Shown here: positions 56,798 through 64,000 of the stretch, piece after piece
How the letters are laid out: the number at the start of each line of letters is the position of its first letter
Position numbering within the stretch: the stretch's first letter is position 1
Virus record (IMG/VR): IMGVR_UViG_3300045988_123324
Span: 1 to 64,000 of that record
Strand: one strand, 5' to 3'
Length of the DNA stretch: 64,000 bases
DNA from: a virus
Position numbers and translations under genes: made by a program
Notes under the pieces: generated by a model
Told to the model about the DNA's origin: nothing
The model's input: only the letters and a program-made list of their open reading frames with translations
The model's database searches: none

Positions 56798-57673
56798 TTA
56801 GAACAACTCCTTCATTGTTTCCTTGATCTTATCTGTAACCATAACATTCAATAACTTAAAATTAACATTTGGATTCTTATACTTCTTAACGAAGTTATAC
56901 GTTTCTTCTTTTACAAACTCACGCCACACAACGCCAATAAGTCTAGGAATCATTTTACTGTTCCACTCACCAGCATCATTCACAATCTTCTCATACTCTT
57001 TTCGGATAAACTGCTCTGTGCAAAAGTTATCAACTATATCCTTTTCAACACTCTTACCATCAATAGGTTTATTTGCTTTCTTTGTCTGCTTAAACTCCCC
57101 GCGAACTATCTTAGCCCATGTAGTTCGACCATATTTATTTGTGTAGTCATATCGCTTTACACAAATACCCTCGCCAAGATTTCCTTCTGTTTGTAGAAAT
57201 GTGCATTTATCAACATATTCTCTTACTTGTTCCTCTGTCGGATTTTCAGGTTTTGCAATCAGCGGAATATACTCAATTCCAAATTCTTCGAGCATCGGAA
57301 CATATTCTTCATAAGCAAGATATGAGCCATCCTCTCGCATAACATCAAAAACATACAGCTTTCTCCAAGCATCCTCTTCGTATGTGCGAATATGGTGCTT
57401 TACAAGCCATTCACCATACAGATAAACATTTGTGTGTTTCTCAAAAAACTTCTTGAATTTTTCTTGGGATAATACATAAGCATATGATCCTGCATTATCA
57501 TTTTCTATAGTAAGTTGTCTGTTTCTGCTTCCTCCACATACAACACCATCTTTATCAAACAGCACCATGTTACTTCCATCCAACTTCGTAAACAGATACA
57601 CAGTTCCATTAAGTATTCCTTCAACCTCTGACGTTCCAAGTCTTTCGACATGCTGATACTTCTGATAAATCAT
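56798..57673 (-). CDS. ATP-dependent RNA ligase (RNA_ligase/Rnl family nucleotidyltransferase)
   Basis: Motif I FTKLDGSN (KxDGxN as in RNA ligases, not KxDGxR), YLYGEWL, EGICVK, WAKIVRGEFK. Confidence 0.65.
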   Translation of the reverse strand: MIYQKYQHVERLGTSEVEGILNGTVYLFTKLDGSNMVLFDKDGVVCGGSRNRQLTIENDNAGSYAYVLSQEKFKKFFEKHTNVYLYGEWLVKHHIRTYEEDAWRKLYVFDVMREDGSYLAYEEYVPMLEEFGIEYIPLIAKPENPTEEQVREYVDKCTFLQTEGNLGEGICVKRYDYTNKYGRTTWAKIVRGEFKQTKKANKPIDGKSVEKDIVDNFCTEQFIRKEYEKIVNDAGEWNSKMIPRLIGVVWREFVKEETYNFVKKYKNPNVNFKLLNVMVTDKIKETMKELF

Positions 57674-57683
57674 AAATATACTC

Positions 57684-57866
57684 CTATCTAATTATTTTAT
57701 ACGCAGACCACGCTATTGCTCCAAACAATGCGTGATTAACAATAGTAAACTCTGTTCCAATAAGTAGATTGCTTAATGCAAAAACTGTGCCGAATATGAA
57801 GAAATAAATCATTAAAGACACTAGAACTACTGATATTTCATAAGCAATTTTATTCAAAAGTTCCAC
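57684..57866 (-). CDS. small membrane protein
   Basis: ORF track (GTG); two hydrophobic helices. Confidence 0.45.
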   Translation of the reverse strand: MELLNKIAYEISVVLVSLMIYFFIFGTVFALSNLLIGTEFTIVNHALFGAIAWSAYKIIR

Positions 57867-58294
57867 ATCTTTCTTGCTTTAATAAGACTGTCAATATCTG
57901 TAAAATAGTTATTAAGAGATTGGCTTTCAATAAAGCCGAGAACTTCTTTAAGATCTGATATTCGTCTGTAATCATCTTCAAATAGCGCCTCTGCTTTTAA
58001 TCTGTTTATTTCACTTGAGACAGTCTTTGCCAGTTTCTTTCTCATTTTTCTATATCTATTTGCAACATTTATCTGCAAATGGCATTTACACGGCTTTTCA
58101 TTCTTTCGCAATTTATATGCTGTCATTCTATGTAATTTGCCACAAAACAAGCACTTACATATGCACCTGTGTCGCGTTCTTCTACTTTCATTGGTATAAA
58201 ACATATCTTCTAATACGATATACCCATTTATAATTTTCCCCTTTAGCTTACTTATTCGCGGTTTATTTTTAGGTTTTTCCCCTACAAAAATCAT
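57854..58294 (-). CDS. Zn-ribbon protein (single copy of the repeat seen in 47619-49103)
   Basis: LKGKIINGYIVLE......RHRCICKCLFCGK......KL....KPCKCH matches the L.G....L.V...W.C.C.CG...L..G..SCGC unit. Confidence 0.55.
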   Translation of the reverse strand: MIFVGEKPKNKPRISKLKGKIINGYIVLEDMFYTNESRRTRHRCICKCLFCGKLHRMTAYKLRKNEKPCKCHLQINVANRYRKMRKKLAKTVSSEINRLKAEALFEDDYRRISDLKEVLGFIESQSLNNYFTDIDSLIKARKMWNF

Positions 58295-58306
58295 ATAATC
58301 ACCAAC

Positions 58307-59590
58307 TTAAAACATATGCTTCAATTCACTTTTTAGTTCTTCCAACTCTTCCTTTGACGTATCGTCACTCTCAATATCTTCAAGGCTAGGAATAAACGTA
58401 TAACTCATTCTATCAATATCAAAACTATACGTATATGTTTTCCCAGCAATATTCCCACGATTCTTTGATATATAGAATTTCAGTGCATTTTCTGACTTAT
58501 TGATTGACACCATCTTTGTTGCCGCCCTGCTTACATCATAGCTATCGGCAATAGACTCTGAATCATCAAGCGCCTCATCTTCTGAACGCTTTTCTGAACT
58601 TCGTCTACGCGACTGTGCAACAACAACAACAGGAATCTTAAAGTCATTAGACAGTCTCAATAACTGCCTAGCAGCCATACCCATCTTTGCACTGATTGAC
58701 AACTTCCTTGTGTCACCATCTGGTTCAATATATACAAGACCATCAATAAACAATATATCAAGTCTCTTTGATTTAATAAACTGTCTACATTTTGAAATGG
58801 TTATATTACCATCAAAATCTTCACTGTCTGCAACAAATACGTGTTCCTCTGATAGGTTCAGTTCATCAAAATACTTTTCATACCCATTGATTAGTAGCCC
58901 CTTTTGCATGGCAGAATTAGAAAAATGTGTTCTCGAACTATCCCACCTAAAACCAATGGACTGCGTGCTCATCTCTGGGGAAATAAACCCAACTCTATTC
59001 CCCAGCTTTGATGCGTGTTCCGCACACATAGTAAGAGCGACACTCTTTCCCACGTTCGATTTAGCGAAGAACACAAACAATTCTTCACCACGTTGAAACC
59101 CAAGTAGATCTTCATTCAATTCCTTAAATGGTATCTCAATAAAGCTACTTTCAGGATCTCTCTGTCTACGTTTCCATTCCTCTAGCCTTGACCTGTCATG
59201 AATGATGTCAGTACATGAAAAATCCTCTTGTGGTTGTAGCTTATCAATCTGCGATAACAGATATTTGCTTGCTTCATTTGCATTTTTCTCATAGAGTTTT
59301 GATGCTTTATTTATAACATCCACCGCTCTGTTAAACAATACTTGCTCTCGAAGATCATCAACTATAGATTTATCTGTCTGTGTTACAATAAAAAATTCAA
59401 AGTTAGGAAATTTCTCTATAAACTTCTCTTTATCTGGGACACTACCATATTTTTTATAGAAGTCACTTAGGTATTGGAACTCTTTCTTTACCCTAGGAAG
59501 ATATTCCTCTGTAATCAGATTATCTTCAACTATATTAAAGCTCTTGTCGGAGAGGATTTTATTGATTAGCTGATATTCTCCTACGCTCAA
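58307..59590 (-). CDS. dnaB: replicative DNA helicase (DnaB family)
   Basis: Walker A FFAKSNVGKS, Walker B ILFIDGLVYI, RecA-like C-terminal domain with VVVVAQSRR. TTG start behind AAAGGAGA. Confidence 0.85.
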   Translation of the reverse strand: MSVGEYQLINKILSDKSFNIVEDNLITEEYLPRVKKEFQYLSDFYKKYGSVPDKEKFIEKFPNFEFFIVTQTDKSIVDDLREQVLFNRAVDVINKASKLYEKNANEASKYLLSQIDKLQPQEDFSCTDIIHDRSRLEEWKRRQRDPESSFIEIPFKELNEDLLGFQRGEELFVFFAKSNVGKSVALTMCAEHASKLGNRVGFISPEMSTQSIGFRWDSSRTHFSNSAMQKGLLINGYEKYFDELNLSEEHVFVADSEDFDGNITISKCRQFIKSKRLDILFIDGLVYIEPDGDTRKLSISAKMGMAARQLLRLSNDFKIPVVVVAQSRRRSSEKRSEDEALDDSESIADSYDVSRAATKMVSINKSENALKFYISKNRGNIAGKTYTYSFDIDRMSYTFIPSLEDIESDDTSKEELEELKSELKHMF

Positions 59591-59593
59591 TGT

Positions 59594-60292
59594 TTATTCT
59601 CTCCTTTCATACGTTGCAACTCCTTTTCTTCTTCCATCGCCCTTGAGTTCAATTACTATATCCGTACAAGCCCTATCTGCAATTCTGCTGTTTATTTTAT
59701 ATAGTTCATCTGGATGCAGATTTGAACTATATAGCGTAGACAACGATTTTGCATATCTTGTGTTGATTATATTGGTAAGTACAGATATGTCATACTCTGA
59801 AGTTCTTACTGCTCCAATATCATCTAATATACACAACTCTCTTTTCATCAATGCCGAAATATGCTCATTTGCAGTTTCTCTATCTTCAAAGTTCTTTGCT
59901 GTCAATAGGAACGTCGGAATAAATTCAAACCAACACCTATCGGAAAATTCATTTCCTACACATATAGTAGCCATATAGGATTTCATTAACTTTGTCAGCC
60001 ACTCAGTCTTTCCATTCCCATAATTATAGCTCCAAAGATATAATGTTCTTCCATTCTTTACAAAGTTTTCTATATCATCTTTTATCTCTGCCAAAGTTGT
60101 AAAAGCATCTATATCTTCAACTGATGGAAATAACTTCTTAGCCACTTCATATCTTTCTGGCAAATTACTTGTTTTCAGTAGGTAATAAAATTCTGGCTGA
60201 ATCGTACATGACGGATCACATCCAAGTTTTTTCTCCCTTGGACACCCGCCCTTAAACACACAATTCTCTGTGTATCTATATTCCAATAACAT
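59594..60292 (-). CDS. helicase loader, DnaC/DnaI-like AAA+ ATPase
   Basis: Walker A YNYGNGKTE, Walker B ILDDIG, N-terminal Cys cluster. Directly upstream of dnaB. Confidence 0.7.
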   Translation of the reverse strand: MLLEYRYTENCVFKGGCPREKKLGCDPSCTIQPEFYYLLKTSNLPERYEVAKKLFPSVEDIDAFTTLAEIKDDIENFVKNGRTLYLWSYNYGNGKTEWLTKLMKSYMATICVGNEFSDRCWFEFIPTFLLTAKNFEDRETANEHISALMKRELCILDDIGAVRTSEYDISVLTNIINTRYAKSLSTLYSSNLHPDELYKINSRIADRACTDIVIELKGDGRRKGVATYERRE

Positions 60293-60309
60293 TACCTCCT
60301 CTCATATAG

Positions 60310-60338
60310 ATTCTACCACAATACAAAAAGAAGGTCAA
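60310..60338 (-). promoter_or_regulatory. sigma70-like promoter overlapping the terminator 3' arm
   Basis: Minus strand TTGACC (60333-60338) - 17 nt - TGgTAGAAT (TAGAAT at 60310-15). Confidence 0.5.
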
Positions 60339-60353
60339 GTGTTTTCTTGACCT
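60321..60353 (-). terminator. rho-independent terminator
   Basis: 8-bp stem 60332-60339/60346-60353, 6-nt loop, then TCTTTTTGTAT on the minus strand. Stop codon of the upstream ORF lies inside the stem. Confidence 0.6.
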
Positions 60354-60544
60354 AATTCATAGTAATCTTTCATTTTCTTTGATCGCCGTATTGCCAACTG
60401 TAACTTTGAAATCAATTCCTCTTTCACAACACCATATTCCATTGACTTTACCATATCTATAATACTTTTATATGGTGCTCTAATTACTATGGTGTCAGAA
60501 GCACAATCAGCAAACACGCTCGTTTCAATCACTATATTCTCCAT
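60335..60544 (-). CDS. small hypothetical protein
   Basis: Track ORF 60335-60637 trimmed to the internal ATG (MENIVIETS...), because its first 31 codons lie inside thyX. Confidence 0.45.
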   Translation of the reverse strand: MENIVIETSVFADCASDTIVIRAPYKSIIDMVKSMEYGVVKEELISKLQLAIRRSKKMKDYYELGQENT

Positions 60545-61157
60545 ACTCCTTATAAATATCTTCAAAAAACACTGGATACATTCCATGCACAAGTTCAAGC
60601 AGATCATACATAACCACACGAATATCTCTTTGTGCATGACTATCCAGCCGTAGAGTTAGAATATGTCGGAGTTCTCTAAAATTAACGTGCATAAATATAG
60701 TAGTTGCTAGGCTCTGTGGAAGTACACTCCTTGCAACCTCTGCCGACACCTTATCTTCTTGAATCATCTTCATGTAGGCTGTTTCTGCCATCAACATACT
60801 TGTATGCCATGTAGCGTATGCGTGATTATTAAGTCCTTCTGGGACGATTACCTTGATTTCACCAGACTTATTATAGTTACAGTATCTTGTAGATTCTATG
60901 CAAAATGTGGCAAGCCTATGTCTTGTTAGTTGTGCCATTGTCGCTCTGTCGATAACTAACTTTATAGTCACGCCTGCAAACTCAATCGGTGTTAAGTGTC
61001 TATTTTTAATAAGGAATCTAACTATTTTCTCTGCGCTACCCACTGAAATCTTATCTCCACTCTGATAGCAATTCCTTGCAGCTTGTTCAACTGTATTTAA
61101 GGCTTCGTCATACGAAATAGGATTTATTAGTTCAACACTTTTCTTAACTTTAAGCAC
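60525..61157 (-). CDS. thyX: flavin-dependent thymidylate synthase ThyX
   Basis: ThyX motif RHRLATFCIESTRY (RHRxx[ST]xxxxSxR). GTG at 61155-61157, 6 nt after AAGGAGA. Confidence 0.85.
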   Translation of the reverse strand: MLKVKKSVELINPISYDEALNTVEQAARNCYQSGDKISVGSAEKIVRFLIKNRHLTPIEFAGVTIKLVIDRATMAQLTRHRLATFCIESTRYCNYNKSGEIKVIVPEGLNNHAYATWHTSMLMAETAYMKMIQEDKVSAEVARSVLPQSLATTIFMHVNFRELRHILTLRLDSHAQRDIRVVMYDLLELVHGMYPVFFEDIYKEYGEYSD

Positions 61158-61837
61158 TTTCAATCTCCTTTAGTCTACCTACTGCTATGTTGTAGTATTT
61201 TGGGTCAATTTCACACCCAACAAAATCTCTATTTAGTTTCTTACACGCAATGGCTGTTGTTCCAATTCCAAATGCAAAATCACACACAACTTCTCCTTGT
61301 TTTGACGAATTTTCAATAAGAATTTCCATCAATTCCACTGGTTTACTTGTATCATGAAGGTTATTTCCATGTTCATCCTTTAATTTTACGTTCGGAACAT
61401 CAAGAACATCGGCGGTTCCACAGTTATTTATTTTTACCGCTTTTCCTTTTCTGAAAAATAGTATATACTCGAAACTATTCATGTAGTACAGTCCAGCAAC
61501 CTTGTTTCCCTTATTCCATATAAGAGATTTTATGAAATGGAAACCACAATTTTGTGCAACCGTTAAAAACTCGTACAAATTTGTATGGTTACACATAATA
61601 TAGCAATGTCCACCATCTTTTAGTACCCTAAAACATTCTGGAAACCACTCTTCACATTTAACATTATTGTGTCTAAAAACAGTCCCGTCCATACCACGCT
61701 TAGTTGCGAGAAATCCATGATTTTATGCAATTACCTCTTGCAGTAATCTTATATGGAGGGTCACATACAATTAAATCTACAGACTCATCTTTTATCTGTT
61801 TAAAGAAGTCCACGCAATCTGCATTTTCAATAATCAT
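61150..61837 (-). pseudogene. N6/N4 DNA methyltransferase (N6_N4_Mtase family) split by a 1-nt frameshift
   Basis: 45-codon ORF 61700-61837 (MIIENADCVDFFKQIKDESVDLIVCDPPYKITARGN...) carries DPPY. ORF 61150-61692 carries the rest (EWFPECFRVLKDGGHCYIM...DTSKPVELMEILIENSS..GEVVCDFAFGIGTTAIA). The frames differ by +1 around the A4 run at 61721-61724. Confidence 0.7.
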
Positions 61838-61905
61838 TTTTTATACCAACAACCACATCATACAGAACGTATATAAAAAACACAGATGTAAACAGATACA
61901 CTATA

Positions 61906-62151
61906 TCAAATATAATCATGCTCAATCACCGAAAACCTCTGAACAACATCTAGCCAACCACCATTTTTTCCTTCTTCATAAGCCTCTGTAAATGCTTTAT
62001 CAAAGTTATTCTTGTTCTTTATGTCAGAATATTCAAACATCATCTGCTTAATATCCTTATAGATATTTGGTCGCTTTCCACTTACATATTCGTCAACCAT
62101 TTCACTGATTCTATTGTATAAGTTTCCTACCTGTACTTTCAATTTCACCAT
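61906..62151 (-). CDS. hypothetical protein
   Basis: ORF track. Confidence 0.55.
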   Translation of the reverse strand: MVKLKVQVGNLYNRISEMVDEYVSGKRPNIYKDIKQMMFEYSDIKNKNNFDKAFTEAYEEGKNGGWLDVVQRFSVIEHDYI

Positions 62152-62170
62152 TCTCCTTAATCAAAAACAA

Positions 62171-62557
62171 TCAATCAATTTTCTCTTTCGCAAGTCCTCT
62201 CCTACGAATGATCTTAATTGCCAAATCTACTGGGCTATTTTCTCCATACTGTAGCCTATGAGGGCTTCCAGACGCTCTAAGCCTTGTACCATTCTTCAAC
62301 TCAACTGTAGTACCTGTAATAACATACCACTTCTCTTTTGTATTGACAATAACCCCCATCGCTGTCACCACATCAATGTTAGTGTTATCCACAAGCATAT
62401 TAAATCCATACAGAGAGCCACATTTATAAATATCTGTGTTTCCCATATATGTATAGATTCCATCTTCCTCACCAACGAAGATAAGTCCAGTATCCTTTGC
62501 TGAACACACACCGACAAGCATCATCATTGCAAATACAAATGATACAATCGTTTTCAT
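62171..62557 (-). CDS. secreted/exported hypothetical protein
   Basis: Trimmed to the ATG at 62555-62557. Signal-peptide-like MKTIVSFVFAMMMLVGVCSA-KD. Confidence 0.5.
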   Translation of the reverse strand: MKTIVSFVFAMMMLVGVCSAKDTGLIFVGEEDGIYTYMGNTDIYKCGSLYGFNMLVDNTNIDVVTAMGVIVNTKEKWYVITGTTVELKNGTRLRASGSPHRLQYGENSPVDLAIKIIRRRGLAKEKID

Positions 62558-62558
62558 T

Positions 62559-63023
62559 TTAAAGTCCTTTCTTGAACAGTCGAATATTTTCTTTTCCAAT
62601 AGGATCAATCACAGCATAGTCACCACTCGTTTCATTTGCTGTGTATGAACTCCTGCCGTGTGTAAAATAGTATGTCTTACCACCAATATATCCTGCAAAG
62701 AACGCTGGCTTCCAGACGCCGCCAATCCTCACTTCAACCTTTGTGTCAACAGGGATGCGTTCCCAATCAACACCAGACGCATCAAAGCATGGAGGAATCA
62801 ACTTTGAAACATTATCAATAGATTCATATAGTGCTGGATAATCCCACACCTTATCAATCTTAACCTCACGGAGAGGGATTATCTCTGTCTTTAGATACAG
62901 ATAGCCACCAAATGCTATGCCGATCTGCCCAGTTGTGAGCCTAACTATTGATCTATCTGGTACATTTTCACTTGTAATCGGCTTTCCTTCATTGTCATAC
63001 CCATAAATAAAAAAGTTCTTCAT
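62559..63023 (-). CDS. hypothetical protein
   Basis: Track start is GTG. The ATG at 63021-63023, 8 nt after GAGGAG, is preferred. Confidence 0.55.
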   Translation of the reverse strand: MKNFFIYGYDNEGKPITSENVPDRSIVRLTTGQIGIAFGGYLYLKTEIIPLREVKIDKVWDYPALYESIDNVSKLIPPCFDASGVDWERIPVDTKVEVRIGGVWKPAFFAGYIGGKTYYFTHGRSSYTANETSGDYAVIDPIGKENIRLFKKGL

Positions 63024-63027
63024 TCTA

Positions 63028-63162
63028 TCACTCCTCACTCAATACTACAATTCCAATAAACATCATGTTTAAAATATCTTGCAACAGTCTAATTTCTGTC
63101 ACCTCTCCAAATATAGCGGAAAGAAGAATTAATGATCCAAGAATCTTAAAAATGGTTTTCAT
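63028..63162 (-). CDS. small membrane protein (44 aa)
   Basis: Below the track cut-off. ATGA overlap with the dut stop. MKTIFKILGSLILLSAIFGE...FIGIVVLSEE. Confidence 0.35.
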   Translation of the reverse strand: MKTIFKILGSLILLSAIFGEVTEIRLLQDILNMMFIGIVVLSEE

Positions 63163-63602
63163 TTTCCCGTGCTCCCAATTCCACCAACTCTTGTTCCAGT
63201 AGGGTTATCATCATCTGTTGTAAAATACTTCATAAAAATACCCTGTGCAATCTTTGCCATCGGAGGAATTACTTGTGTTTTATTCCCAATGTTTGTAATG
63301 GCAATATGGATATGCCCCTCATTATCTGTATTATTATAGTACGAAGAATCAATAATTCCTGTCCCGTTACTCAAAACAAGCTGTTGCTTAAACCCCATCG
63401 AGCTACGAACGTACATCATAAGGACTTCATCTTCTGGAAAACAAGCCTTGATCCCTGTCTCAAAATACACAGTCTCCTGCGGTTTTATGTATGTGTCATA
63501 GTTTCTTGTGATATGAAAGTCATATCCACAACTACCAGTATCATTTCTTGTTGGTATCTTTGCTACATCTTCATACCCTGTTACTACTTCAAATTTACGC
63601 AT
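63159..63602 (-). CDS. dut: dUTP diphosphatase (trimeric dUTPase)
   Basis: Motifs GSCGYDF, VRSSMG, GIIDSSYYN, and the C-terminal GGIGSTGK. ATG at 63600-63602 behind GGGGGT. Confidence 0.85.
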   Translation of the reverse strand: MRKFEVVTGYEDVAKIPTRNDTGSCGYDFHITRNYDTYIKPQETVYFETGIKACFPEDEVLMMYVRSSMGFKQQLVLSNGTGIIDSSYYNNTDNEGHIHIAITNIGNKTQVIPPMAKIAQGIFMKYFTTDDDNPTGTRVGGIGSTGK

Positions 63603-63966
63603 TTTTACCCCCATATATTTTTATCTCACCAGAACCTTGTGTATCTACTGAGTGCAAAATTCCCATGTCTGCAAGGATGCTACTTAAAAGACTTGTTACA
63701 GTTTCATCTTGTGTATAAATAGTTCCTTTCCCTTCATCTATGAGGTCTTGAATGGCTTTCCTTGCTTTATTCTTGCTAGTCAAAGCTATACTAGCAAGTT
63801 CCGTAGATGTGATTCCCACTCTGTAACCCCCTAAAGAAAGCATGGATATGGTCAACAAGCACGCCCATATTCTGAAAATCAACATATTTATGAAATACTG
63901 GATTTGCATAATCAATTTTTCCGTTCTTTTTGCATTTAAAGAACATAAGCTCACAGTAGTTGTCAA
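63595..63966 (-). CDS. hypothetical protein, possible winged-helix DNA-binding domain
   Basis: ORF track. ITSTELASIALTSKNKARKAIQDLIDEG looks like an HTH recognition unit. Start uncertain. Confidence 0.4.
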   Translation of the reverse strand: MTTTVSLCSLNAKRTEKLIMQIQYFINMLIFRIWACLLTISMLSLGGYRVGITSTELASIALTSKNKARKAIQDLIDEGKGTIYTQDETVTSLLSSILADMGILHSVDTQGSGEIKIYGGKNA

Positions 63967-64000
63967 GCTTTGCTAAACTACAATGGTATACAGTTCCACG

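Noticed and set aside
329-63722. All plus-strand ORFs in the track (e.g. 329-556, 10206-10859, 40395-40901, 46002-46394, 54519-55070, 63273-63722)
   Set aside because: Each lies antisense to a longer minus-strand ORF that has recognisable domains or coherent packing. They lack RBSs, and their products are low-complexity with Leu/Ser/Phe-rich composition, typical of shadow ORFs in AT-rich DNA.
1-64000. CRISPR arrays, tRNA genes, integrase/attachment sites, TnpA
   Set aside because: Intergenic gaps longer than 60 nt (148-258, 577-636, 2107-2392, 3358-3495, 11448-11542, 13357-13434, 40240-40312, 54667-54734, 56685-56797, 61838-61905, 63039-63158) were read on both strands. They contain small ORFs, promoters, terminators or the omega-RNA, but no cloverleaf-like or direct-repeat/spacer structure. 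This was a visual scan only; tRNAscan-SE or CRISPR finders should confirm it.

Overview
This is an AT-rich, densely packed segment of a tailed phage or prophage. Every credible gene lies on the minus strand, and the plus-strand ORFs in the track look like antisense shadows. Reading the minus strand from 64000 down to 1, there are three blocks. (1) A nucleotide-metabolism and replication block: dUTPase, a frameshifted N6/N4 DNA methylase, ThyX, a DnaC-like loader, DnaB helicase, RNA ligase, a DnaG-type primase, a gp32-like SSB, a C5-cytosine methylase, a beta-clamp-like protein, a Cas4/RecB-like exonuclease, a family-A DNA polymerase, and a Zn-ribbon/endonuclease-like homing-type gene. (2) A tail block and lysis cassette: G/GT chaperones with a -1 frameshift, a 2064-aa tape measure, a ~13 kb block of tandem paralogous large proteins behind its own consensus promoter, GTA/lambda-like tail-tip proteins, a CBM-repeat fibre, a LamG fibre, a GNAT, and a lysis cassette closed by a strong terminator. 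(3) An accessory/early block: small paralogous gene families, dCMP deaminase, RecU, Dam, RecA, dNMP kinase and an Hjc-like nuclease. This block also contains a TnpA-less IscB plus omega-RNA module. The most notable observations are: IscB/omega-RNA fixed in a phage genome; G9 homopolymer tracts inside both intact DNA methylase genes, plus a third methylase broken at an A-run; the uncharacterised paralogue block between the tape measure and the tail tip; and a lipobox + coiled-coil + C-terminal-TM protein ending the lysis cassette. I recognised no head, portal, terminase, tail-tube, integrase, tRNA or CRISPR features. The ORF track writes GTG/TTG starts as M, so I re-set several starts using RBS position and stop/start overlaps. 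Those refined starts are inferences.
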